DNA from: Leptogorgia sarmentosa
Taxonomy: Eukaryota
Length of the DNA: 64,000 bases
Assembly: GCA_964658305.1 (NCBI GenBank)
Contig: OZ210885.1
Coordinates: forward strand, 13,702,001 to 13,766,000
Direction: 5' to 3'
In this document: in pieces, positions 46,563-59,600 of the stretch
Layout of the letters: each line of letters begins with the position of its first letter
How positions within the stretch are numbered: the stretch's first letter is position 1
Translations under genes and position numbers: made by a program
The notes under the pieces: generated by a model
Told to the model about the DNA's origin: nothing
What the model saw: the letters and a program-made list of their open reading frames with translations, nothing else
The model's database searches: none

Positions 46563-48897
46563 CACTGTTATTTTAGGGGAGTTATTTTAACTCCAAAAAC
46601 GGTGTCAAATAAAAAGGTTCAGAATAGCACCCTTTTTGGTGTTACACTTAACACCACTTTTGGTGTTAAAATTAACTCCTGTTTTGGAGTTATTTTAACC
46701 CAATATTTGGAGTTAAAAATGTAACACCCTATGTGGAGTTAAAATATAACTCCAAAAGTGGTGTTAAAATAGCACCACTTTTGGAGTTACAGTAAATTTA
46801 ACTCCCTTTCTGGAGTTAAAATTTAACTCCTCTTTTGGAGTTACTTTTAAGCTTAATGGACCTTCTCCCCTTAGACAAATTTTTGAATTGACAAATTTCA
46901 TTAGCAAAGCGGGAAAAAACATCATAAATTCACTAAAATTGCGAAGTTTGGATACAGAAATAAATATCGTAAAATCTGGATAATACAGTCATGTCAAATT
47001 TGTGAATTTTGTTTACTTTTGTATTACGCACGCTAAATTATCATAACATGACTGTATATCCATTTTTACGATATTTTGTAACCAAACTTCACAACTTATG
47101 ATGCTCTTTCCAGCTGGGCTGATGAATTTCTCCAATTCAAAAGTTGGTCTAAAAATATAAAAGAAATATTACTGTAAATTTCAAAAGCACTCACAATTTT
47201 TTTTGACAGCAAAATAAGTGATTTAATTTATAAAAAAATGAATTTACAAGCATAGCCTCAATAGAGTTCATTGATGTTCCTTCATTAGAGAAAATGGCTT
47301 ATCTTTGTGGCATTGTTTATTCGTACAAATCCTTATAATATGTGGCTCAAATCCATGTGTCCAGCAGTTAGTTGAGCAGTATTTATTCCATCCTCAGGCT
47401 TTTGAATCATGTTGTTCATAATCAACCTAAAAATATAATGTAGAAACAATCTTAATTATAGTCATAGTGCATTTTTATGCAATTTAGATGCTACTACTAT
47501 AAATATCTTCAATGTCGTTTTAAAATTAGGCCAAAGTATTGCCATAAAGCAGTTCATATGGTTTATGTTTGGTGTTCAAGTCCCTTGACCTTGTACTGTA
47601 GTGGAACCTGTTGATTTTTAACAAATAATAATATGGATTTACCTACACTTTGTCCTTGAAAATCAGCCATTTGTCCTTCAAAGGCCATTGTCCTTCAAAA
47701 TAGCTTGACAGAAACAGTTTCTAAATACAAAAGATATAGCAGTATAAATATGGCTTTATGATGGAACACAGTGTGCTAAATTCACTTAATTTTCACAGCG
47801 GAGATTTACTTTACGGTAAAACCCAGCAAAAAATAACCAGTGGGTTGTAAACCACCGTCTTAACACGTCTTTCATCCATGAATTTATTTTATCAGAACAG
47901 AAATCAACTTACAGCATAATTCACCTTCGATCATTAATGGACATGTCTTCAATCTTGATATTAACACTCGTTCCTCAGGGCTCAGTAATCATTTTTGACA
48001 GGAAATAAGAACCAGTTAAGAACGACTCCAGTCTGGATATGAACCAGTGAGCCACCTCATCCTGAAGTCAAAATTCGCTGCTGAGTTTTTGAATATCTAT
48101 TTTGTGCATGTAAAAATATCGCTTTATTGTTGCACAAATGCACATAAAATTCGATTAAATAGGGATGTATGAACACTTACTTGCCAAAAAATTGTGTAAA
48201 GCCAAAACAATTGGATCTATGTCTCCTTTCTTCGTCAAAACTTTATCAAAAATTTCTTTCAAAATGTTGTCAAAACGACATTCGCTTTTCAAATTTCAAA
48301 ACTGAAAAACAGACTCGGATATGTTGACTCGGATCATTTCTCTAAGGCGGACGTCTGCGAAAGCACTACTATCTGTAATCGCGCAACCTTATTGGCTTAG
48401 AGTTATCCTTTGGTTATCCTGTATGAATAATTAGCATAATTATCATTCGTTTCGAGTTTTTACTGCATCAATACATCATTTCCCATTTAATTTATTGAGT
48501 ATTCTGACCAGTACAATTAAAACAAAAGGGAAGAAACAGAACCGAAAAGACTAAGTTTCTTTTTTGTCCTTTCTCACTAACAGTTCAGACGAATTACAAA
48601 TTGATTTTAACTGTTTTTTCTCGTTAAATTGAGTTTGTCTCATTCCGGAATCCGGAATGCAGTTGCATTTTAACTCCAAAAGAAGAGTTACTCAGTTTAA
48701 CACCACAAACGGAGTTATTTTAACTCCAGAAAAAGGGTTACTTCGGCTAACCCCCCTAAAGGGAGTTAATTTTTCATGATAATTATATGCCAAAATATTG
48801 TAACACCAAAAAGAGAGTTATTTTAACACCACATTTGGGGTTAGGGAATTTAACTCCACTAAAGGGGAGTTAAAATAACTCCCCTAAAATAACAGTG
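46563..48897. mobile_element. EnSpm/CACTA-like non-autonomous element (CACTG ends)
   Basis: TA|CACTGTTATTTTAGGGGGAGTTATTTTAACTCC...mirror...CAGTG|TA; arrays of GGAGTTA/TAACTCC subterminal repeats at both ends; a nested palindrome at about 46870-47150. Confidence 0.8.
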
Positions 48898-48983
48898 TAC
48901 TTACAGTATAGAGCTGGGAGTGTAGGCCAGTTGTAGATGTCGATGTTTAGTTGAACAACGCGAAACCTGTTGTTTGTAGCAAG

Positions 48984-49065
48984 GCAGTCGTGGCCGAGTG
49001 GTTAAGGCGACAGAGTAGAAACCTGTTGGGAGTTTCCCGCGCAGGTTCAAATCCTGCCGACTACA
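48984..49065 (+). tRNA. tRNA-Ser(AGA), slightly degenerate
   Basis: GCAGTCGTGGCCGAGTGGTTAAGGCG...TAGAAA, long variable arm, GCAGGTTCAAATCCTGC. Confidence 0.78.
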
Positions 49066-49384
49066 TTATGCAAAGCCTTCACGATTTTGGCCTCGAATGT
49101 AAACATGAATTTTTTTTTTTTGGGGGGGGGACTTGATGAGAGGAAATTCTGTTCTCGGTGGTGGTGGCTGAGTGTTTAAGGTGACAGATTCAATGTACAA
49201 GTTTTCCATCTACGAAATCAATGGAAAGAAGTCGTGTTTTTTATTGTATTAAGGTTATGAAACAAATGAAACAAGCCAAAAATGATTTTGTATTTGAATG
49301 TAAAATTGAAAAAACAGAGGTCCGCGAATTGATTATAGCTGCGTTTGAAAGTATATGTACGTAATTAACCTAGTCGAGTGCACA

Positions 49385-49457
49385 GGGAGTGTAGCTCAGT
49401 GGTATGAGCATTCGACTGCAGATCGAGAGGTCGGTGGTTCAAATCCGCCCGCTCCTT
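49385..49457 (+). tRNA. tRNA-Cys(GCA)
   Basis: TTCGA-CTGCAGA-TCGAG anticodon arm; GGTTCAAATCC T-loop. Confidence 0.88.
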
Positions 49458-50340
49458 ATAATCATGCCTATAGACTACAAAACCTTCAAATTCTTTAAAG
49501 GCCTGATGGAAAAAATGCAACCCAAAGGGTTAAGATGCATGTACTACGATTCGTGTTAAATATGTGCACTAATACTTGAAAACGATTAGTCCTGCTGTTA
49601 GTTACTTAAATTTTACTGGAAGATTGAAGATTTATTCTTTTTGAAGTACAAGCCAAGATTAATGCCGGTGGTATAGACGTCAATGTTTAGATGAACGACG
49701 TGAAACCCGTTTAAAAAAGAGAAAATTGATAAAAAGAAGTTCATTAAGAACCTTTTTAAAAAGCAAAGTATTCAACTTCTAACAGGTTTGTATTTTGCAA
49801 AAACTTGTTCTTCGCTTGGTAAGGACGAAGTTCGTGTTTATGTCATGATGTAAACAAAGGTGCAAAATTGATGTACTTCATTTAAAGACAAAATTGACGG
49901 TTTAACCGATAACATTGATTCACTAGAGATTTCACAACTATATGCTTTATAATATACTTTTCGGAAATTACACCAGTATTATCAGAATACTTTTACCAAT
50001 GCTGTAAATGATTAGCCGTTCTGGTCTCAAAAAAAGAGTTGCTGCGAAAGGGCGAGTACTAGCTAAATCGCGAGAAAAATGAGTTTGGTTAGCTTTATTT
50101 CCGTAGCTGTACCTCTTCGACTTATTTCACTGATTTGCCAGAAAACGTTGTACATATTTAGTAATAATATCCTAGAAATACGGGCTGCTATTTTTTTCCG
50201 AATTTTGTTGACGAGACGTAGATTTTTTCGACTTGTTTTCAGGCGTAGTGAGTCATATTATTATTTACTTGCCAACCTTATCATCTGAACGTTATGTCAA
50301 GCGTGTTATACTTTTTTCATTCTCTCCCAAAAATATCTAA

Positions 50341-50411
50341 TTCCCATGCTGGGAACCGAACCCGGGTTTGGCGGCGAGAGCGCCAGATCATGACCACTGC
50401 ACCACATGGGA
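50341..50411 (-). pseudogene. tRNA-Glu(CTC) pseudogene
   Basis: Inverted paralog of 43120 including its 5' flank; T-loop mutated. Confidence 0.7.
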
Positions 50412-51820
50412 GAAACATTATTTTATCTTTTCCCGGAATGTGAGTAAATAAGTAAAAAATTGTGTTAAATTAATAAATGGTTGTCTATATGCCTGTATAA
50501 TAGTACCAGTTTATGGAACATTTAACATGTCATTTATTATGTAAGTTTACTTTAATGATGCCAAAATATTCCACAAAATACGACAACTTTTGAAAAGCTT
50601 TTAATTTTGCTATTTTTCGAAAAAGTATAGAATTTAAATCACCAATTCATATTCTGTTGGTGCCGTTTTTCACCTGGCAATACAGGTTCTCCAACATTGG
50701 GCGAGATATTCAACTCAGCCCAAGACTGTCTTGATGTTGTTGATAAATTAGCTGGAGCAAAAGATGGATCTTGCTGGATCCTTCGGAAGAACCCAAAAGG
50801 TACAAGCTCATGCTTCCGAAGCTGAAATCTACATAATGAATCTTGCAAATAGTTTTTTAAAATTATTTTAATTAGGTTTGGTGTTATATTCATACGGACC
50901 AAGGTGGATTAATTTGTGTTGGTAGGAATGATGAATAGTCCAGTAAGTTGGACAGTCCCATCCGATTCGTCCCCGGTTGACCCACAAGGACCGCCACACT
51001 GGTCAAGTGTTTTGGGCGATATCGCAGTTCTTGATTTTAGAGTCCAGGTCTCAACAAACAAAAGTTTTGATGGCAAAAGAGCAGACTGATAAGAATACAT
51101 AAACTAATAATTTCTTGTTAACCACCGCAAAGTCAGCACCGAGCTCGTCTTTTGTACCGACAGTGCACGTAGTGCGAGTTATAACAGGAAAATGATTATC
51201 TCATACGAACATATGATTGAAACTTTAACACTTTCTATCATATCAGCAACTTTCCAATAAAGAATACCGAATGGTTTTCCGTGCAGGATTGCGTCATCCA
51301 TGCACGTGGGATGTGGCGACTTTCGGAAGCGTAAAAAATCACGAGCCGCAGGCGAGTCACTTTAACGCCATCCTGGACGGAAAAATCATTTGGTAATTGT
51401 TTTATAAAATAACTACAGTGAAACAACGGATAACGTTAATTTCTTTTCCATAAATACGAAAACCCTTGTTTGTTGTTTTCGTTAGCAATTTGTGTTACTG
51501 TCAAATTTTCGTATTTTACTTTAATTTTATTGCCGACATTTTAAAAATCCCGTGACTCGTGAGCATTATGCTCGTGAGTAAGCATTCGGAATTTTCCAAT
51601 CAGGATACTGTGCAGGATTGTCAGATCTTGCAGGACTATTGACCAATCAAATTGCGTGTTTCACAGAAGTTATTATGTAACAGCCTTTCACGGCCGAAAA
51701 CAATTTACTCGATAAGCGTAGTGACGTTATAACGTGCTCAATAAGAGCAGAACTGAGTCATTAGACACTCGAAATATTTTCTTGTCAACAGAGAAAACTT
51801 TTCCCATATCAAGATCCCTT

Positions 51821-52006
51821 AAGGCCCGTACACACGAGAGAGTTTTTGCTGCGATTTTCTCCTTCTGATGGATGTGAACGAGTGGATTAACAAGGAATGT
51901 GCTGAGTGCGTGCTTTCTCACCTGAACATCTGTGACTGATCTACTCGTTCACATCCGTCAAAAGGAGAAAATCGCACTAGAAATCGCAGCGAAATCGCTC
52001 CGGCCT
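51821..52006. mobile_element. Harbinger-like MITE remnant
   Basis: Internal inverted repeat GCGATTTTCTCCTT...GGATGTGAACGAGT / ACTCGTTCACATCC...AAGGAGAAAATCGC. Confidence 0.55.
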
Positions 52007-52009
52007 TTA

Positions 52010-52159
52010 AGCCGGTTTTCCACTAGCGACTTTTGTCGCGCGAATCGATTTTATTCTTTTGTCTTGATGCAATTAGTTCCAGATGGTTCCAGTCGAAAGC
52101 TCAAGAACAATGGAAAATATTCGCTTCGCGCGACAAAAATCGCTAGTGGAAAACCGGCT
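52010..52159. mobile_element. PIF/Harbinger-like MITE
   Basis: TIR AGCCGGTTTTCCACTAGCGA; TTA TSD on both sides. Confidence 0.82.
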
Positions 52160-53359
52160 TTAGTCTGCAAACAAACTTATAAGGATCGATGGTCCAATGT
52201 TGTATCTGTAAAACACTGCTGAAATGAAAAGATTTTAGAAAATACGACTAAGAGATAATGACGTCTGAAGTTCAGTAAGGTTTGCTGATAATGCTGTAAA
52301 TGTGACACCATTGCAAACATCATTGGTAATTTTACTTTTATTGACAAATATTCTATAATAATTCGATATTGTAAACCAGCAAATACAACTAAAAATTTAC
52401 ATTAAGGTTAAAACAAAATCATTTTCAAATATACAGTTGCCTCTTATGTTAATTAGGCGAATTGCTGAACATTTCCAGATATGTTCACCATTTAACTTAT
52501 TCAGTGATACTGTCACACAGCTATTTCCTGCTGAAGCCTGGACAAGTGTATCTTAATTACTGACAGTAGGGATATTGAATAATGAATGAGGTAAAATGTA
52601 GGAAACATTGAATCATAAATGATCTCAGAAAATATGATGCCTGCGTCTACTATCAAATTAATGACTTTCAAAAATTAAGTAACGCACCGATTCGAATGGT
52701 GGTTGTTTTGGTAAAAATAGTCATAGTCGAATATTAGTCTACAGGGTGTCCCAAAAAGCCCCAAAACCTTTGAAATTAGCGCATTGTTTGAATTTGAATG
52801 CCCCAGCACTAAGCTAACCCCTAAGATCCCGTTTACACGGCAGCGGATCAGTTTGGTCACGACATCAAATTTAATTGTTTCAAGACGAGTGTGGCTCTTA
52901 TTTAAATCTATGGTGATATTACAGAATTTAATATTAACAACTAATCATAGAATGTGTGGTTAGAGTAAAAATAACCTAAAACGCGACGAAATCATTGTCG
53001 TGACTACGTGAATCCAGTACCGTGAAACGGGGTCTAAGCTAAGCCAATTTTGCAAGGCATTACTTTAGTCTATATTCAAATTTTGGTTTTAATCAATTCG
53101 GACGCACATTACAAGTATATCTCAATTTCTTAATTACTTTTTACGAATTTTTTCGAGTTCAAACTGAAAGGGATTTCAAATTCCAAAAATGCGTTAATTT
53201 CAATGGTTTTGGTTTTTTGAGTCTTTATTCTACTTTATATACATTTTATAGTATTTTTCATTGCAAGAAATATTGATATTGCTACTCCACATACTGTATC
53301 CTTGTTTCCACGTTTAATATCCATTTCAGACAGAAAATGTTGCAATTTCTCCTAAGTCT

Positions 53360-53691
53360 TCAACCTTTTGGTTGGAGTTCTTTTGAATGCGAGGATAACT
53401 TATTAAGACGAAGGAAGCAGACCCGACCTCCTGCCAGGCCAACATAAACCATTCCATTTGAACCACATGCTATGGCTAAAACATTCCGGTCGAAATGAAA
53501 CTCTTCAACACACTCTCCATTTGGTAGCTTCCACAGTTTCAGCGCCTTCTCATCATAAATATTCGTGCACGACAAAAGTAATTCACTTCCAGGCGCTAAT
53601 GCCAACCTTCTGATACGTTCAGCATCTTCAATTGGAAATCTGTGGAGAATCTTTCCAGTTCTGAAGTTCTCAATCGCCAAAGAACCACGAC
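53360..53691 (-). CDS. Copy B terminal coding exon (WD40)
   Basis: ttttag|GT CGT; LKLWKLPNGECVEEF...VYVGLAGGRVCFL; stop at 53360. Confidence 0.8.
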
Positions 53692-56600
53692 CTAAAAGTG
53701 TGGTTTAAAATTTTTAAATCTGTTAAGGCAATGTTACGCGAGGCAATTAATTTTGCGATCAATTTTGGATTGATAGCCATGGTTTATATTTATAGTGGCT
53801 GTTACGGAAGAAAGATTTTGATCGCAGAGCATACCCAATGTTGATACAACGTGAGACGTATTTTAATTTGGATTTACAGCCATTTTATCGAACCGGCATT
53901 TCACGCGAATCAATTTTTGCCATCACTTGCGAGCTGACCGTGGATTGTTAGCCGTGTTATCTAACGGCTACGTTATACAGAATAATTATTTTGCCAATAT
54001 TTGTGACGCAATTTTAGCTTCATAGTGATTTATGTTGCAGGTCTGTTACTAAAAGGAATTTGTCGCAACTGGCAACTTAATTTCGAATACCGAGCCGCCT
54101 CTTCAACAGTCGCTTTTATGCTTTTAATAGAAATTAGTAATAGGTGCGGGCGTAAATTTAGGGATGCGCGGGTAGTTTTGACACTCCAACTTTCCCGCAG
54201 TATCAAAACTGCCCGCGCATCTCAGAATTTGCGCCCGCAAATTCCTAATTTCTATTAAAAGCATAAAGCGCCTGTGGGGGAGGTAGGGTCCGGAGGACGT
54301 CACGTTATTTAAGTTGCTGTCTCAGAAATTGTTCACATAGACTGCTACACAACTCGCTTTTCACAATTCTTTACATAACATACTAGTTAGGAAATGTTAG
54401 CAGTGTAAACAGGGACTTATCTGCACAAATTTCCAGCGAGTCTCATCTAAATAACATCGCTTCAAATCTGACATTTGGTAAGATGCAGCTAAACTTTTCA
54501 CATGTGAAATAAGGATTTCATATGTGATTGAATTGCACATATGAAAATTTCACATGTGAATTTAAGATTTCACCTCTGATTTAATTTCACATATAACTTT
54601 TCACATGTGAAATATGGATTTCACATGTGATTGAATTTCACATATGAAAATTTCACATGTGAATTTAAGATTTCACATGTGATTTAATTTCAAATATAAC
54701 TTTTCACGTGTGAAATAAGGATTTCACACAAAATTTCATTTCACATGTGAAAATTGCCGATTTCACAGGTGAAATTAGCGTTTCACATGTGAAATTAACT
54801 GAATCACATGTGAAATAAACCTTTCACATGTGAAATTAGCATTTCACTTATATTATATATTTATATTATTTATATTATTTATATATATATTTATATATAT
54901 TTATATATATTTATATTATATATATATTTATATTATTTATATGATCCCACTCACCCGGGATTCAATGAAGCGCAAAATGATTTTGAGGTATTGAAATGAG
55001 TCATAATTTATGATTTGAAGAAATGCTAAACTGTTGGTTGCCTAAGATTTTGTTCTGCTGAAATATCAAACTGGCAAAATGTTGTTGGGCATCAATTTTT
55101 GTAAAATATATCTTTTTTGGTGATTTGTGCTAAAAGTGTCCTAATTTTGGTTGTTTCGTTTCATGAACGTTACTCATTTCAATACCTCAAAATCATTTGA
55201 CGCTTCATTGAATCCCGGTTAAGAGGGATCGTATAAACAGGCCCTTAAAGTGCAAGCTTGACTTTGCAATTGCGTGCTGTACATCACATGTAGGCTCTAT
55301 GTTGATCACATTTTAAGTGTGCCGCGCTGTAATCTTAGAGGTCACTGATATAATGAATGGCCTCAAGTCTCGCCCGGTGGCGCCTTGCATCACAGTAGTA
55401 ATAAATAATTTAATAACACAACATTGTCACGACCCTTTATTACGCGTTTGGTGGAGTTATCCTGGGCGTTGTAGATCATGACAACAATTCTATTTTTGCA
55501 GCATGTGCGCATGCTAAAGTTTTTCTTCTAGTTTTCCAATGTTATTCACTGGAACCCTTCAGCTAATACTCGATGAATTACGCGAGCACACCTTATGCAA
55601 TTGAGATTAGAAAATAAAATAATAACAGTTAAATTATTTACCTAATATAGCCACAAGGTTGCAAGAATTGTTAATCCTTAAAACTTTCTCAGTGTTGAAA
55701 AGATTGGTGCTTTGTTGCTCGTCGCCGTTCAAATTCCACTCTGTGACTTTCTCTCCAGCTGTACCATCAATATATTTGAGCGGATAAACACAAAAAAGGG
55801 AGTTCTGGACCACGCGCATTGTTTCAATTCTCTCCATTATAAGCACATCTTCGTAACTATGCACGACTCCGTTTGCATTTATCCGATCAATCTGTCAAAA
55901 TAATCAAACCACTGCTCAATATAACGTCGCTTCCATAGACAAACTACAATTCAGTGGAATATCTGTATATTTCGAAAAGTTGACGTCTTATATGTCGTAA
56001 AGCAAAGTACAAGCTCTTTTATACCTATCTATGGTTGTCATGGGATCCTTAATGCAGCGCCGGATTAACCCGTCATTGGGCCGGGGACAAACAAAAAGTA
56101 AAGGACCGTAATTTGGTGAATATGAAAACATGAAACATATATGTAATCAAATTGAAAGTCTTGCCCATTGTATAGTCAAAAACGATAATATGCATGAACA
56201 TACGGAATAGCATTTTAACGTGAAAGTGGCATTTACCAGCCACTTCGACATTAACTTAAGTGAGTCTAGTATTTCGTGTTCAATGCTAAGCATAAGCGTA
56301 CGTGGTAAATTTTTTCAGAGGGGGGCAGAAAGTTTATCTTTGCCCGAATTTGAGGGGAGCGAATGTCACGAGGCGCCACCATGGTTGGCGCCGAGCGAGA
56401 AATTTTTGAACTTTTACAAACTCGGATTGCCGGAAACGGCGATTTCAAAGTCTTAACTCCACTTTCTTGGTACGCTCGTTCAGGTGAACGACTGGAGGAT
56501 TGTTGACATTACATTATTCCTTCAACCTATTCCTCATGTTGCCCGAATTATGCTCAAAATCAGTGCCCGAATTTTCCAATTTGAATTTTTTTGGGGCCGC

Positions 56601-59600
56601 CCGCCTGGTACGCTTATGATGCTAAGTAGGTTGAAGTTTGCAATCTTATCGTTGTCTATAGACGCAGATAATTCTTGAGTAATTTAGGACTCTAGAATTT
56701 CCTGGCTTTCAACTGACCAATTTTTAATCAAAATTTGTTTTTTCGAAACCAACAGTAACTGAAATTTTTTATACATTGTTTTTCTTGGGCCGGTAAACAA
56801 GCTTTTGAGCTGGGGCCGGGGGCAAATGCCCCCATTGCCCCCTACATAATCCGGCACAGCCTTAATGGATCACTCTAATTACTATATTTTGTTCTTTTCA
56901 TAATTATTATAATTAGTCCTATTATACCTATAAACAAAATGCTATTAATATTCTATTCTATTCTGTTCTTAACAACGTCTTTCCATTAAATACTTTCCCC
57001 ACAAAATGATATGAACGCCAATCCAGTTATAAAAGCTTATTATTACGTATTTTAAATTCGAGAATTCCTTTCAAACTATTTTCTATTATTCTTGCTTGGT
57101 TACGTCAAACAGCTCATAAAGTAGCAAAATGAACAAAAAATCAGCCGTCAGAATCGAAGTTCTTGAATTTATAATATGTATTTAAAATGAATGAAGGCAA
57201 GAGGTAAATCGTGGAGGGGGGTGACACAAGCATATCATCGAGAGGGAGGGGGATGACACAAGTCACCAACTGTTTTGGCTGAAAGGATGAATATTGTGTC
57301 GTCCCCTAACGTTTTAACAGACAATTCACCGAGGATTTGCATTTATATTTATCAAGTATAATGTACTTTATGTGCAGGAAACATTGTGTGTAAATCTAAT
57401 TGAACTCTTGCGTTTAGCAATTACAATGCATCTATATTTCAGCAGTCACGTTCACTAAATTACAGTTAAATTACTGCAATACGTGTGGAAAATGATTAAT
57501 AAATGAACATGAAGGTTAATTCTCAGAGGAGGTTGGACAGCAGACCGCAAAGCACCATGGGTAATGAGCGTCTAATTACACGTGCGGCCTCATTCATACT
57601 TTGACTGCCGCGATGTAAACATCTCTGGTCCAATTAATAAATGGACGCGTTTGGAGTTTGACTTCGATACTTCTTGAATATAGCGTGGCAAAACTTTATT
57701 GTTGTGATCCTTACGATGGTTGCTGTTTACTATTCCAAGTTTACCGTTTTTAAATTGCCTGGCTTTCTTAGTAACCGTCTTTATTGCCGAGTCGCCATGT
57801 ATGATCAAAGTGTATATTAATATTTAAACTACAATGCATTTATTTTAATATATTTATTATTTATTTTAGTATTTACGATTGCATGTAAAAAGAATTTACT
57901 TGTGATATAATTGCCAAGTTATGTATGGCTGTATAAATTTTCCTTTGTATCAGACGATCAGGTAGTGAATTTCAATACTTCATCTATTCATTCTATTGCT
58001 TACATAATATTCCTGAATTGCATGTATATCTGGATCACATGTAACTTAGTAATTCTATTTTTGAGAAAAAGACTTTCTGTTGTGGTTTTGTGGAAAGAAA
58101 TTTGCTTAGACATATAAAATTGGTTGGCTGATTTTGAACTTGGGCAAGGTGGCAATGACCAGTTAAAAGGAACTAAATATAGTGGAAATGCTACAGCAAG
58201 CTACAGTTATTGAATGGCAAGCATATGTATTGGGTATACTGTATTTCTACTAAACTAAGTACTGACAGGATATACATGTACAAATTTGAAAATGTGCTTT
58301 TAATAAAAACAACATTACACAAGACACTTGGTATAAACAAGGTAACATATGTGGTATGAATAAATTAATAAATTTGTGTAACTGTGTAATTATCTTGAGC
58401 ACTTGACTAATTATATAATAGGAATGGGAAATCTGAGTCATCCATGGTTGTGTACTAAAAGTCTGTAACTTGTTGAGTCTGCCGATGTTGTCACCTTTTT
58501 TATAATAAGACAAACAACAGACAACAATTACATGTTATTGGGTAATTACAATATTAATATCAATAGCTTTGGCCAATTGCTATCACCCCAACAATCTGTA
58601 TCTCTACAGTACATATAATTATATTTGTACATTTTGTGCTCTGCTCAGTTGCTGGTAATTCTTCTGCTGGATTGACTGGACTGCTAAAGCAACTCAGCTG
58701 CTAAAGCAACAGGTGGCCCTGTTGAAGGTCACTTTGCCATGAACAACCCCCAGGATCAGCTGTTGTTCAACAGGTGAATGAAAAGAGCATTACACTTAAT
58801 GCTGCCACACATTATGCACCTGTAATAAGTAACAATATATGAATAACACAAACAATAATAAGTAGAGCATTCTATGCATAACCAGAAGATAAAAAAACAG
58901 TAGCCCTAACTATTATGTGTAGGAACTCCTAACTGATCCAAAATATACAACACCCATGAATAGCAATAATATTAGGTTGCCCTGGGATGAGTAGATGGTT
59001 TCAATAAGGCCTTTTTGGGGACACTAACCATCTGAAAGACCCATAATAATTTGGCTGTAACACGACATGAGGTTTGGGTCGTAAAACTTGCGTGAGGCGA
59101 CAACTCATGTCAAAAGGCAACATGAAAGTAACAACCCAAAATTATACTATACATAAAGCCTAAGAAAACATTGTTTTAAATGTTCAAATATTCCTGTGAA
59201 ACTAATTGAACACCTAGTGTAATAAATAACTTTAAACCTCGCCACTAACTTCACAAATTATTCAACAAAATAATATTTCTTGGTAACAAAGCGAAGCACC
59301 ATTCTTGGCAAATGTCAAAACGAGTCATGTCGATTCAAAGTGAAATTTCTATATCGCGCGGCCGGGTAATTCGGGGTAATTCCGTAGGTTTTTAGTTCAT
59401 ACATTTGTGCTCACGTTGACAAAAAATCAAAGAAATCGAACCACGGGAATTCGAGATTTTCCATTTTAAAAATCGTAAACAGAAATATAATTTAGCTGTC
59501 GTGTTAAAATGACCCTCCAACATTTGATGATAAAAATGAAGCAGTAATTAACGTTTACCTCACTTAAAATTCCAGATATCAGAAGTTCAACTCTTCCTTT

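Noticed and set aside
46580..46850. Regularly spaced short palindromic repeats resembling a CRISPR array
   Set aside because: Units are degenerate, have no unique fixed-length spacers and are mirrored at the other end of a TIR element; the context is eukaryotic with no cas genes.
49157..49195. Second tRNA-Ser
   Set aside because: Only a degenerate 5' fragment; no T arm or acceptor 3' strand.
49520..49533. ACCCAAAGGG|TTAA as the right end of the piggyBac at 28669, making a 21-kb composite element
   Set aside because: Only 10 bp match beyond TTAA, and the subterminal GGGTCATTTTGACCCC motif is absent.
54496..54848. CRISPR-like repeat/spacer look
   Set aside because: Spacers are only a few nt and themselves repeat; it is a minisatellite.
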